64,000 bases of DNA. Source: Mobula hypostoma (taxonomy: Eukaryota). The translations under genes were made by a program, and so were the position numbers. This document shows, in pieces, positions 1 through 12,050 of this stretch. Every line of letters begins with the position of its first letter. Position 1 is the stretch's first letter. Below the pieces are notes generated by a model. That model searched no databases, was not told the DNA's origin, and worked only from the letters and a program-made list of their open reading frames with translations. The stretch spans positions 70,370,001 to 70,434,000 of the forward strand of contig NC_086128.1 of assembly GCF_963921235.1 (NCBI RefSeq). The letters are read 5' to 3'.

Positions 1-360
1 ATCATGGTGCTTCGTTTTGGCAGATACACTTGCTCTGTTGTGATATCCATTTGTGGTTCGGTATCCAAAGGCAGGTGTTCATATAGCAAGACAAGATTGC
101 AATGGATCTTCCCTTTCCTCGTTCACATTTTACTTCATAGATTGACACATCCTCCCCAACAAGTCAGACAATATGGATGTAGGCCTCCCAATAGTTTTGA
201 AGCATTCCCGGGCCGCTGTGTGGTGTCCAATTCCTTACTAGGACACAATTCCAAAGTTGTAACTCCATAAATCTCACTCTACTGTCATAATTTCTCTTAT
301 TTCTCCCCCATAGCTTTTGCATTTACTCCTTGGCAATCTGATAGTTCTTGTCCATTTCGC
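1..360 (-). mobile_element. Degraded Ty3/Gypsy integrase C-terminal fragment
   Basis: Minus-strand translation across frameshifts gives CVLVRNWTPHSGPGMLQNYWEAYIHIV*LVGEDVSIYEVKCERGKGRS..HCNLVLLYEHLPL. This resembles the fish Gypsy integrase tail (VLVRNxxxRGGPGKLxxYWE...YEVKxExGxGRxRxLHRNLLL). Confidence 0.7.
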
Positions 361-462
361 TGAGAGTGCTTTGGTGTAGATCTTGTCCATTTCCCTGGGG
401 TGGTACGGTGTAGATCTTGTCCATTTTCCTGGGGTGGTACACAGTAGTTCCTGTCCATTTCG

Positions 463-1035
463 CAATGGCCACCCATTTTAATTCCACTTCCCACTCCAAT
501 TCTGATATGTCAATCCATGGCCTCCCTTACTCTCACGATGAGGCCACACTCAGGTTGGAGGAGCAGCAGTTTATATTCTCTTCGGGTAGTCTCCAATCTG
601 ATGGCATGAACACCGGTTTCTCGAACTTCCAGTAATGCCACCCCCTCTTCACCATTCCTCATCCCCTTTTTCCCTCTCTCACCTTATCTCCTTGCCTTCT
701 CATCGCCTCCCTCTGGTGCTCCTCCCACTTTTCTTTTTTCCCTGGCCTTCTGTTCCCTCCTTTAGATTATCCCTTCTCCAGCCCTGTATCACTTTCACCA
801 ATCAACTTCTCAGCTCTCTATTTCACCCATCCCCCTCCCAGTTTCACCCATCACCTTGCGTTTCTCCCTCCCCTCCCCTACCTTTCAAATCTACTCATCT
901 TTTCCAGTCCTGCCGAAGGATTTCGGCCTGAAATGTTGACTAAGTTTTTCCATAGATGCTGCCTGCCCTTTTGAGTTCCTCCAGCATTTTCAGTGTGTTG
1001 TTTGGATTTCCAGCATCTGCAGATTTTCTCTTGTT
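463..1035 (+). mobile_element. Penelope-like element fragment (GIY-YIG C-terminus plus terminal repeat, degenerate hammerhead)
   Basis: ATHFNSTSHSNSDMSIHGL...LEEQQFIFSSGSLQSDGMN matches the better-preserved copies at 49470 and 55826. It is followed by a pyrimidine-rich tract and the shared end ...ccagcatctgcagattttctcttgttt. Confidence 0.85.
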
Positions 1036-1049
1036 TAAAATTTCAATCT

Positions 1050-2480
1050 TGTCACACTCACAATACTCCAAGTGCGGTCTGACCAGTACCTTACAAAGCC
1101 TCAGCAGTACATCCTTGCTTCTATATTCCAGTCGTCTCAAACTGAACGCTAACATTGCATTTGTCCTCCTCCCCATCAATTCAACCTGCAAATTAACCTT
1201 CGGGGAAAGCTGCATGAGGACCCCAAGTCCCTTTGCATCTCAATTTTTTAAAATTTTCTCCGTTTAGAAAATAGTCTGTGCTTTTATTCCTTCTACCGAA
1301 GTGCATGACCATACACTTTCTGACACTGTATTTCCTCTGCCACCTCTTTGTCTATTCTCCTGATCTGTCTAAGTCCTTTTGCAGCCTCCCTGCTTCCTGA
1401 ACAATTTCTGCTGCTGCACCTGTTTTCTATCATCTGCAAACTTGGTCACAAAGTCACATACAGCACTGTGGGCAAAATTCCTTTATATAGTGAGTGTGCC
1501 TTAGACTTTTGCACAGTACTGTATTTGTTAATATGGACTGGAGAGCGAGTTTGTAAATCTGGCGGGAGCAAAGGATGTTGGGAATGGTGAGGGTGGAGCG
1601 CCATGTGAGGGGTGTGGGGCAGGTGGCAGAGGAACAGTGTGAGGGGCAGGGGAGGGGGTAATACACCCAAACCCAAGATACCAGGCAAGGGCATTTAATT
1701 ACAAACAATTTGTTTATTGATCATTACAGAACATTTCTCCAGTGCTTCTGCTCCCCTCCCTCTCCCTTCCCCTTTTCCCATGAATCCCAGCTCCCTGCTC
1801 CCTTCCGATTCTCAGTCCACAGCTGAGACCCAAATCAGAATCAGGTTTATCATCACTCACATAAATCATGAAATTTGTTTTTCTTTTTGCGGCAGTAGTA
1901 TAGTGGACAGTAGCATAGAATTACTACAGTACTGTGCAAAAGTCCTAGCCACATATATGTGCCTAAGAATTTTACACAGTACTGTACAACGTACAAAGGA
2001 GCGGTTCTAACACCAACCCCTGAGGAACACCGGTAGTCACTGAAAGCCAGTGAGCAAAAGCTCCTTTTATTCCCACCCTTTTCCTCCAGCTCGTCAGTCA
2101 ATGCTCTATCCATGCCAGAATCTTTCCTGTAATATCAGGGCTCTTAACTTGTAAAGCAGCCTCCTGTGCAGCACCTTGTAAAAGGCCTTCTGAAAATCCA
2201 TCGATTCTCCTTTGTCTATCCTGATTGTTATTTCTTCAAAGAATTCCTACATTTTGCCTTAAAGGAAACTACGCTAACTTTGGTCCATTTTATCATGTGA
2301 CTCCAAGTCCTCGAAAATCACATCCTTAACAGTCAATTCCAACATCTTCCCAACCACTGAGGTCAGTCGAACTGGTCCATTGTTTCTTTTCTTTTGCCTC
2401 CCTCCCTTCTTGAAGAGTAGATTGACGTTTGCAACATTCCAGTTGTCTGGGATCATTCCAGAATCTGGTGATTCCAAAAT
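1050..2480 (-). mobile_element. CR1 LINE RT fragment, interrupted by the 1459-1986 insertion
   Basis: Minus-strand motifs VRPHLEYC, KFADD (about 1430), SGVPQG (about 2020) and DNWNVANVNLLFKKG are collinear on both sides of the insertion. Confidence 0.9.
1459..1986. mobile_element. Non-autonomous Tc1/mariner-like element with doubled TIRs
   Basis: Two mini-palindromes (1461-1521 and 1927-1984), each flanked by TA, with arms related to CAGTACTGTGCAAAAGTC, bracket a core of about 400 bp. The core recurs at 11605-12050. Confidence 0.65.
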
Positions 2481-2729
2481 TACAGGAAAGAGCCAGACCC
2501 CAGGCACCTCCTTCCCTCGCTGCTCACGTTGTCCAGGACACACCGAAACTACCAATCCCCCTTCATGCACTTCAAATGCCTTGACACCTCACATTAATTA
2601 ATGTTGATAGAGGGGAGGCGGATTTCCATCATGTGCTGGGCTGGTTCCACAGCTCTCTGCAGTTCCTTGTAGACATGCACAGAGCAGTCGCCACACCATG
2701 CTGTAATATATTCAGTTAGGATGCTTTCA

Positions 2730-3040
2730 ACAAGTACATTTAATGTCAGAGACATGTATGCAACATACATCCTGAAATTCGTTTTCTTCACAGACATCCA
2801 CAAAAACAGAGGAGCGCCCCAAAGAATGAATGACAGTTAAAACTTCAGAACCCCAAATCTCCCTCTCCAATTCCCCCTCCCATGCACATGCAACAGCAAG
2901 GCAACGACACCCCCAACCCACCAGCAAAACAGCATCAGCACCCTCCACTGAGCACTCAAGTGTGCAGCAAAGCATCAATAAAGACACAGACTTGCAGTAC
3001 CCCAAAAACTGCAGTTCACCCGATAATTCGACATACCACA

Positions 3041-3085
<45 letters not shown>

Positions 3086-3245
3086 ATAAGGGAAAAAGAG
3101 GTGTCCCTGTTTCACAGTGAGAGGGGAGACATAACAAACTGCTCGCTGATTTAACATGTTAAAAGTCTGTTGCGTCGCATTTCTCGAGCTCCGCGTCCAG
3201 AGAGTTGGCACCAAAAAGGCGCAGCTCTCCGGAGCTCTCAACACG
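2730..3245. repeat. Unclassified interspersed repeat with (CT)n at about 3043-3083
   Basis: Sits inside a Rex1-like fragment. No credible ORF; the ERERER run in the ORF track comes from the microsatellite. Confidence 0.4.
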
Positions 3246-3254
3246 TATTGTTGA

Positions 3255-5160
3255 AAATTAATCAGAGTCAATAGGGACTTGTCAAATTTCTTCAGCTTCT
3301 TGAGGAAGTAGAGCATTGGTGAACTTCCTTGACCATGGAGACAATGTGATTGGACCAGGACAAGGTATTGGTGATGTTCACTCCGAGAAACCTGAAGCTG
3401 CTAATGCTGTTGACCTCAATACCGGTGATGTGGACATCAGCACGTGAACCAGCCCTAGCCCCCGCCCACTCCTGAAGTTAATGATGGAGCTCTTTACTGT
3501 TGCTGACTTTGAGGAAAAGGTTGGCATCATGACACCATGTCACTGAGCCTCTACCACCTTCCTGTACTCCAGCTCATTGTTATTTAAGAAATGGCCCACT
3601 GCCGGGGTATCACCTGCAAACTTGTAGGTGGAGTTAGAGAGTAATCCGGCCATGAAGTCACGAGTGTTCAAGGAGTAGAATAGGGTCTGAGGGTCTGAGT
3701 GTAAAGGGAGCAGAGTAGGGTCTGAGGGTCTGAGTGTTCAAGGAGTAGAGTAGGGTCTGAGGGTCTGAGTGTAAAGGGAGGACAGTAGAGTCTGAGGGTC
3801 TGAGAGTTCAGGGAGTAGAGTAGGGTCTGAGGGTCTGAGTGTTCAAGGAGTAGAGTAGGGTCTGAGGGTCTGAGTGTAAAAGGAGTAGAATAGGGTCTGA
3901 GGGTCTGAGTGTAAAGGGAGCAGAGTAGGGTCTGAGGGTCTGAGCGTTCAAGGATTAGAGTAGGGTCTGAGGGTCTGAGTGTAAAAGGAGTAGAATAGGG
4001 TCTGAGGGTCTGAGTGTAAAGGGAGCAGAGTAGGGTCTGAGGGTCTGAGTGTTCAAGGAGTAGAGTAGGGTCTGAGGATCTAAAGGTCTGAGTGTAAAGG
4101 GAGTAGAGTAGGGTCTGAGGGTCTGAGTGTAAAGGGAGCAGAGTAGGGTCTGAGGGTCTGAGTGTAAAGGGAGGACAGTAGAGTCTGAGGGTCTGAGAGT
4201 TCAGGGAGTAGAGTAGGGTATGAGGGTCTGAGTGTTCAAGGAGTAGAGTAGGGTCTGAGGGTCTGAGTGTAAAAGGAGTAGAATAGAGTCTGAGGGTCTG
4301 AGTGTAAAGGGAGCAGAGTAGGGTCTGAGGGTCTAAAGGTCTGAGTGTAAAGGGAGTAGAGTAGGGTCTGAGGGTCTGAGTGTAAAGGGAGCAGAGTAGG
4401 GTCTAAGGGTCTGAGTGTTCAAGGAGTAGAGTAGGGTCTGAGGGTCTGAGTGTAAAAGGAGTAGAATAGGGTCTGAGGGTCTGAGTGTAAAGGGAGCAGA
4501 GTAGGGTCTCAGGGTCTAAAGGTCTGAGTGTAAAGGGAGTAGAGTAGGGTCTGAGGGTCTGAGTGTAAAGGGAGCAGAGTAGGGTCTGAGGGTCTGAGTG
4601 TTCAAGGAGTAGAGTAGGGTCTGAGGGTCTGAGTGTAAAGGGAGTAGAGCAGGGTCTGAGGGTCTGAGTGTAAAGAGAGTAGAGTAGGGTCTGAGGGTCT
4701 GAGTTTAAAGGGAGTAGAGCAGGGTCTGAAGGTCTGAGTGTAAAGGGAGTAGAGCAGGGTCTGAGGGTCTGAGTGTAAAGAGAGTAGAGTAGGGTCTGAG
4801 GGTCTAAGGGTTTGAGTGTAAAGAGAGTAGAGTAGGGTCTGAGGGTCTGAGGGTCTGAGTGTACAGTGAGTAGAGTAGGGTCTGAGGGTCTGAGTGTACA
4901 GTGAGTAGAGTAGGGTCTGAGGGTCTGAGTGTACAGGGAGTAGAGTAGGGTCTGAGGGTCTGAGTGTACAGGGAGTAGAGTAGGGTCTGAGGGTCTGAGT
5001 GTACAGGGAGTAGAGTAGGGTCTGAGGGTCTGAGTGTACAGGGAGTAGAGTTGGGGTTGACGACGCAGCCTTGTGGAGCACCAGTGTTAATCATTGTGGA
5101 GGTGTTCCTGATTGCAGTCTGTTGGTCAGGAATTTCTGAATCCAGTTGCAAAGGAAAATG
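3255..5160 (-). mobile_element. Rex1/Babar-like LINE RT relic split by a minisatellite
   Basis: INTGAPQGCVV lies right of the array. TRDFMAGLLSNSTYKFAGDT (compare THDCxxxxxSNxIxKFADDT) and LYFLKKLKKF lie left of it. Confidence 0.75.
3661..5050. repeat. 35-bp minisatellite, about 38-39 units (GGGTCTGAGGGTCTGAGTGTAAAGGGAGTAGAGTA)
   Basis: 35-nt period seen directly (gtacagtgag at 4861 and 4896). Some units carry an extra 8-mer. Confidence 0.97.
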
Positions 5161-5394
5161 CAGAGTACAAATCTGTGTTTCCTAACTCTATGACTATGAC
5201 TAAGTGATTAATGAACGTGACACACAAGGTACCCAACACTGATCCCTGTGGCACACCACTTGTCACAGGTCTCCAAATCAGAAAAACATCGCCACCTGCC
5301 TGCTACAAGCAAGAATATGCTGTTACCCGGTTGCCTAGCAGACTCTGTATTCACCACAGTGTGACGTTCTGGACCAGTCTACCATGTGGGACTT

Positions 5395-6040
5395 TGTCAA
5401 AGCAGCATCCATCATCAAGGACCACCAGCCCCCCACACCCCCACACCCCCACACCCCCACCACCATCCAGGCTTTGCTGAAGCAGCCGTCTCTTAACATT
5501 GAGTCTATGGCCCATAGTGTATGTTCCCTTAGCACTATCGCGTCAGAGGATCGTTCCTGGGTCCAAAACGTAAGTGCCTTCACAAAGAGGGCATAGCAGG
5601 ATCGCCACTTAGAAGTCTGTGCAGATTCAGCACCACATCTAAAACTTTGACAAACCTCTATAGATGTGCAGTGGAGGGCATCCTGAATGGATGCCTCGCA
5701 GTCTGGTATGGAAGCACCAATGTCCAAGGATGGGAAAGCTGACAAAAAGTGGTGGATACAGCCCAGTCCATCAGAGGGAAAGCCCTCCCCACCATTTCCC
5801 CAGGGTGCAGCATCCATCATCAAGGACCCCTATCATCCAGGCCATGCTCGCTTCTCACTGCTGCCATCAGGAAGAAGGTCCAAGAGCTTTAGATCCCACA
5901 CCACCAGTTTCAGGACCAGTTATTACCCCTCAACTACCAGGCTGCTGAACCAGCGTGGATAACTGCACTCACTCCAACACTGAACAGACTCACTTTCAAG
6001 GACTCTAGAGCTTCATGTTCTCAGTACTATTTACCTGCTA
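5395..6040. mobile_element. Rex1/L2-like LINE 3' fragments in both orientations
   Basis: AASIIKDPYHPGHARFSLLPSGRRSKSFRSHTTSFRTSYYPSTTRLLN on +, with a related minus-strand fragment at 5480-5700. Confidence 0.7.
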
Positions 6041-6143
6041 GCTATCAATTTATTTACATACTTTGATAATAAATTTACTTTGAACTTTGATGGCCTCCTC
6101 ACTGGGACAGTGATGCATGAGGAAGTACTGAAGTCACACCCCA

Positions 6144-6289
6144 CCCCGCCCCCGGCCCAAAGCCGGCCCCAGTTGCACAAGTTCAGCATTTTCAGCAGAC
6201 CAGGCAGTAGAAATCTGCTGACTTTGCTCACGCCAGCACTCACTGTTCTCGGAAGGAGCATAAAGTTCCTTCCTTATCACCATATAAAA
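6144..6289 (+). promoter_or_regulatory. Putative ENDOD1-like promoter: GC box (6144-6151) and TATA box (6283-6289)
   Basis: CCCCGCCC and TATAAAA lie about 290 and 150 bp upstream of the ATG at 6439, in non-repetitive sequence. Confidence 0.55.
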
Positions 6290-6438
6290 GTAAAACAAAG
6301 GAGCCTGAGTGAGTGTCTCGCTCTCCTTTGTGCTCCCTCATTCCAGAAGGTTCTGTCTTGCAGAACTTACCCCCGGGAAACTGCTGTGACACAGATCATC
6401 GGCTTGTCAACCAAGGGTTGAAGCCCCCTCTACTCAGC

Positions 6439-6747
6439 ATGGCCTTTGGGCTCAGCACTCTGGTCTGGTTCCTGCTCCTGGCAATCTCCCAACCTGGGAC
6501 AGTGCAGGGGAGAGTGGTTGCAGACTTCCGGGAATGTAATTCTTTCTTCAAGGACGGTAACCCACCGCAGGGATTCGAAAACATGGGCAACCTGGTCAGG
6601 ATCTGTCAGGTCTACAAAAACCAGTATCGTTTCGCCACTTTGTACCGGACAGACTTGAGGATCCCAGTCTACTCTGCCTACAAGTATCAGGGGAACAGAA
6701 GGATGGTGAAAGGTCAGAGAATCTGTAACTGGTGTCATGAGCCTCAG
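6439..6747 (+). CDS. ENDOD1: Endonuclease domain-containing 1-like protein, exon 1 (103 codons)
   Basis: Signal peptide MAFGLSTLVWFLLLAISQPGTVQG, then ECNSFF..GNPPQG..ICQVYKNQYRFATLY...RIPVYSAY...EPQ, typical of fish ENDOD1 proteins. Ends CAG|GTAAGA, phase 0. The symbol is family-level. Confidence 0.93.
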
Positions 6748-7044
6748 GTAAGATACAGCAGCTCCTAAGGTTTGTGTCCCCATGGGCATCGGGTTTATTT
6801 GCATACAAAAGCGCAGTCAAGGAGAGGCACAGTGGACCAGTGACTAGAACTATTGCCTCAGACTGCCAGAGACACAGGTTCGATCCTGATTCTGCCAATG
6901 TGTGTGTGGAGGCAGCTTGTCCTCCTTCTAACCACATTATTTCCTGCAAGTTTCTGTTTTCCCATGATGTGCAGTTTTGCAGAGTCACAGAGCACTGTAA
7001 AAGCAGCACCTTTCGTCAATCTAGACCATGCCAAACTATTTGAC

Positions 7045-7390
7045 CACATGACTATAAGATACAGGAGCAGAATTAGGCCATTTGACCCTTCGAGTCTGCT
7101 CGGCCATTGGCTGATCCATGTTTACACTCAATATCCTGTTTTTTTCAAGAATCCATCAACCTCCGCCCTAGATTATACATAAAGACATGTCCCCCACAGC
7201 TGCCTGTAGCAATGAATTATATAGATTCACTATCTTTGGCTAAAGATATTCCTCCTATCTCCATTCTAAAAGAACGCCTCTCTATTCTGAGGATGTGTCA
7301 TCTGCTCTTAGACTACCCACCATAGGAAAATCCACTTCATATGCACTCTATTGAGGTCTTTCACTATTCTATTGGTTTCTGTGAGGACCT
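7045..7390 (-). mobile_element. Degraded CR1 3' end
   Basis: Similar to the CR1 3' ends at 13417 and 15410 (ataagatacaggagcagaattaggccatt...). Confidence 0.65.
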
Positions 7391-7400
7391 CCTGCATTCT

Positions 7401-7720
7401 TCCATCCCCATTAGGTGGATGTCCAGTCCCGAGAACCCTCTATCCCCATCAGGTGGCTGTACATTCTCTATAATCCCTCCATCCCCATCAGGCGCCTGCC
7501 AGTCCCAACAACCCCTCCATCCCCATCTGATGGATGTCCATCCCTATAAACCTCCATCCACATCATGTGGCTGTCCAGTCCCTATACACCTCCATCCCCA
7601 TCAGGTGGATGTCCTGTCTCTATTACCCCTCCATCCCCATCAGGTGGCTGTCCAGTCTCTATTACCCCTCCATCCCTATCAGCTGGATGTCCAGTCCCTA
7701 TGCCCCTCCATTCCCTTATC
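7401..7720. repeat. 38-39 bp minisatellite, about 8 units (core CCTCCATCCCCATCAGGTGG)
   Basis: The core recurs every 38-39 nt. Confidence 0.9.
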
Positions 7721-8350
7721 AGGAAATTCACAAAGCTCTCCACTTATTTCAAAGGCAGAATTTCCACCCTGAACCTCACCTGTGCAGATTCAACATGACG
7801 TGACATGACATCTAAATATCTGACAAACCTCTATCCATGGAGTGTGGAGATTATCCTGACTGTTTCCATCCTGGTCAGGCATGCAAATACCAATGGCCAG
7901 GATTGGAAAGATTACAGAGAGTGGTGGATCCAATCCAGTCTATCACAGGCAAAGCCTTCCCGACCTTTGAGTACATTTACGTGGATTCCTACCACAAGAA
8001 AACAGCATTCATCATCAAGGCTCCTTTAACCAGTGTGGATAACTTCATTCACCTCAACTCTGAACTGATTCCACAACCTAAAGTCTCACTTTCAAGAACT
8101 CTTTACAACTCGTGTTCTCAGTATTATTTGTAGTGGTACAGTTTGACTTCTTTTGTACATCGATTGTCAGTCTTTTTTCATAAAATTCTATTGTATTTCT
8201 TTTTTCCCAGTCAATAACTTCAAGAAAATGAATCTCAAGATAGAATATGGTAATTTTGAACTTCGAGAAGATCTCATTATTGATCTAAGACAAGTTGAGT
8301 CAGGAAATACAGAGACTTCCTCTGTATGTGTATGAGACAGCAAGAGAAAT

Positions 8351-8390
<40 letters not shown>

Positions 8391-8489
8391 TGTGAGAGAG
8401 AGAGAGATGGTGTGTGTATATGTGTGTGCATGCGTGCATGTGTTTGTTAGTATGAGTGTATGTGTGACAGAGAGTGTATTAGTGTGAGT

Positions 8490-10960
8490 GTTGTTGTGTT
8501 CTAGTCAGCTGGGACTTCTAACATACAGTAACCGACTACAAAAAATTCAGAGTAGGTCAAATGATAGGCTCAATTATTATTTACTTACAAGTTAAGTCTG
8601 CTTCCCTACATTAAGTTCGTAGCTCAAAACAAACCACTTGTACAGGGACCAGTAATTAGTTTGTTCCATTCCATAACATTCCTTCCTTACCTGGAACCAT
8701 CTCTGGTTCCTGGCATTTATTCTCTAATCAGTCTATTTGCCTTTAGAGGCTTCTTCTCCCACGACAGTTCTGCCCTGTTTTACTCCGTTGTCTAAACATT
8801 CCTGCCATAAACATACATCTTGATATAAAACACATGCAGACTTCTTGTAAGCCTCCATCCAAACTAGCAAAGCACTCTGGAATCACACAGGTTCCATTTT
8901 GGCACATTGCATTTTACAGAAATTATAAACAGATAAAGACTTCAGGGTTACAGATATACTGTATTTCCACATTTCTCCTCGTTTGTCATTTCACAATAAC
9001 ACAATTATCTTCAATACACAACTGTTAGGTATGAGTACAGTAATCAAAGTGATTTTAAATATTACTATAATGATACAGTCTCAGAACTTCTGTTAAGCAT
9101 TTTTCTAGTCAGCACTGACAGATACCCATTTTCAATATCCCCTCCTTCTCCGTCCTACTATACTACACAAAATTCACAAAACAATAACAGCTATTATTAT
9201 TGTACCAATGATTATACCATAAAGTAGAATCATCGCCCACCATCCCCTTCCTAGAGAGTTACAATTGTGAAATTGATCTCCCACTGATTGGTAGCCTCTT
9301 GGATTTGAAACAGAAAGTTAGTTATGTCTTCGGATTCATCTGGTATGAAATACAATATTTTTGTCCAATCAGGGCACACTTGCCTCCTTTTTTGGATAAA
9401 ACAAACCCTTTGGTTTGCAATGCTACTGTACAGACCACCGCCGACTCTGTCGACAATTTATATATTTTTTATTTGATCAAGTGTATGTGCAGTTTCACTC
9501 GTTAATTTTTTCCAATGCTGATGCCATGCTAATCAGTTCCTGTGCTGCTTTACCAGTTCCATAGGCAAGTGTTACCTTTCCCCAAGGACGAGAAAAACTC
9601 CATTTACTCAGGGCTTGGCATTGCCGTATGGAGGTATACACTATCCTCTAAACCACTTGTTTCCAAATTAATATCTTCATCTTCCCCCAATGACATTCCT
9701 GCACCGAAAAGGTGAGCAAGGGGGTCTGTGTTTCTGAGTCTTATCATGTACCAAACGTTTCCAGGGCAGAGGGCTCGGACCAAATCGAGTAACAGTTCAT
9801 CTCTGTTTCACTAAAGGGTACAGGTAAAAGGGACACACCCATTTCTGCAAACCCAGCAGCTTGAGCTGTCCTGACGAAGGGTCTCGGTCTGAAATGTCGA
9901 CTGCACCTCTTCCTACAGATGCTGCTTGGCCTGCTGCGTTCACCAGCAACTTTGATGTGTGTAGCTTGAGATATTGGTCCTGTTTGCATGTTCGTAAGTC
10001 AATCATAAGACAGCTCTCAAGGCAGTTACATCTGTCAGAGAAAGGACACGTGCTAATCCAACCGCTGTCATTAGGACTCTGTTTTTTACATCGTTATGAA
10101 CTTTCTTACAGTCAGAGGCATGAAGTGGCGACGGCTTTTCTCTTACCTTGATGGTTGTATTGGTAACCAGTAACACCTGAAATGGTCCTTCAAATCGCAA
10201 TTCCAAATAATTATTTTTTTTCAAACGTCTGCATCACCACGGAATCTCTGGGCTCGATTTTGTGGGACTTATCGTCTGCAGGTGGTTGCTGGTCTTCCTT
10301 TACCCATTGATGATATCTGGTATTTTTTTTTAAGAGTAATGCAATGACTCAGAATCCAGGTTATTTACATCCATCTGCTTAACTCCCTGTGGCGTATCCG
10401 ATGATACGTAAGGCCCATCCCATGGTGATTTAGTGTCGGGATAAGCCAATGGTTCTATTAGTAGTGAAGTCATCAGGACCAAAAACAGAACCAGTCTCCA
10501 CTTCAGTCCCGTTTCCTCACACATTTTGTTAAATTTGTTTTATTTGTTCATTTCTTCCTTTCCACTAGGCCCGTTGATTGAGGATGGTAGCTACAATGGA
10601 AATTTTAATCCACCTGTAAGGCTTTGCATATTAATTTAATGACTTTACCAGTGAAATGGGTACCATTGTCCCTAGATAGTGTCCAGGCAATCCCAAATCG
10701 CGGGATTATTTCCTTTAACAAATATCTCGCCACTGTAACTGCATCATTCGTTCAACAAGGAAATGTTTCAACCCATCGTGAGAAGAGATTTATAATGACT
10801 AATACATACTTAGACCTTTCCCATTGAGGTGAATCAGTAAAGTCCATCTGTAAGTGTACAAAGGGGCCAACTGACGCCAGGGTATGAATCCCTGTTTTCC
10901 CCAGTTTAGAGACAGGAGACTGCAGATATTGGAATTGGGTGCAATGTACATTCAGTGTCA
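8490..10960 (-). mobile_element. Degraded class I (epsilon/gamma-like) endogenous retrovirus: integrase, env TM, PPT and probable 3' LTR
   Basis: Integrase: GPFVHLQMDF, YVLVIINLFSRWVETFPC, DNGTHF, HCSYHPQSTGLVER, FEGPFQVLLVTNTTIKV (about 10060-10900). Env TM-like: GTGKAAQELISMASALEK and TVALQ..FVLSKKGGKCALIGQKYC (about 9340-9570). PPT-like GGAGAAGGAGGGGA at about 9139-9152. The left LTR boundary is uncertain. Confidence 0.85.
9860..9970 (+). mobile_element. Short Penelope terminal fragment inserted in the ERV
   Basis: gtcctgacgaagggtctcggtctgaaatgtcgactg...caccagcaactttgatgtgt; the hammerhead is degenerate. Confidence 0.8.
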
Positions 10961-11604
10961 GTGTTTGAAATATGCTAAGAGCAACATACCTGTACATATT
11001 AAGGGGAGTCATGGATATTGGATTCATGCAGGAAAATGACACAGAAATGAAAGATCACCCATAGTCTTACTGAATTTTATGACAGGATTAAGGGGCTGAA
11101 TGGCATAATCCTGTGTTTCTGTTTGTTCTGCTCTAATAATGAAGGAAGTTGCATCCAGTTGCCACTTTATGGACACCTTCTCACTGTAAATTGTCCCCTC
11201 TGAAAATGCTGAGGAATGTGGAAAGTTACAGTGCAGGAGGAGACTATTCCACCTAGCAAGCCTACGTCAGTCCTGGGAGAGCTATCCCATCAGAACCATT
11301 CCCCAAATTTAAACAGATGTGAATATTTCCAGGATATTCTGTTTTTACCTCAGATTGTCGGCATCTGCAGTTACGTGAATTTCAATAGTTAATATTGTTT
11401 ATGGTCATCTACATGCGTACATGTACAGACAGGTGAAATGAAAAAGAAACTTTCTTGCAGCAGTGTCATAGGCACAAAGAATCAGATAAACAGCATTCAC
11501 GATAAAAACAAATTATATACATTTTTTTAAAAATTAGAAAGAACACAATTAGAACACAAGAAGTGGAAAGTTAGTGATCAGATTTTATATATATCTATAT
11601 ATTT

Positions 11605-12050
11605 CCTTGCTGCCTAAGACTTCTGCACTGGACAGTATTTGTCAACATGGAGCAGAGAGCAAGTTTGTAAGTCTGGCAGGAGCAAAGGTTATTAGTAACG
11701 GTGAGGGTGGAGCATTGCGGAGGGGTAGGGGACGAGTGGTAGAAAAGGAGTGCCAGGCGGGAGTTGTGCAAACATACCCAGCCTTGAGACACCAGGGGAA
11801 GTAATTTGATATTAAACCATTGGTTTATTGATCAGTACAGAATGTCTCTCTGGTGCTCCTCGCTCCCTTCCCTCTCCCTTCCCCTTTCCCTTCCCCTTTC
11901 CCCAACCATGAATTTCCATCTCACTGTCCCCTACCTACTCTCAGTCCACAATAATGACCCATATCAGAATCATTTTTATCGTAACTGACATATGTCGTGA
12001 GGTCTTTTTATGGTGGTGCAATGCATAAAGTGACTACAGTACTGTTCAGA
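11605..12050. mobile_element. Second, more degraded copy of the 1459-1986 element core
   Basis: Collinear with 1497-1945, including the inner TIR halves gcctaagacttctgcac and tacagtactgt. Confidence 0.75.

Noticed and set aside
342-462. Short repeats of gtagatcttgtccattt
   Set aside because: A local duplication at a Gypsy/Penelope junction with no further structure.
3661-5050. CRISPR-like 35-bp periodicity and ORFs 4602-5081 and 4804-5151
   Set aside because: Units are contiguous with no unique spacers, there are no cas genes and the context is eukaryotic. The ORFs are repeat read-through.
6313-6438. N-terminal extension of the ENDOD1 ORF in the ORF track
   Set aside because: It starts at GTG. 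The signal peptide begins at ATG 6439.
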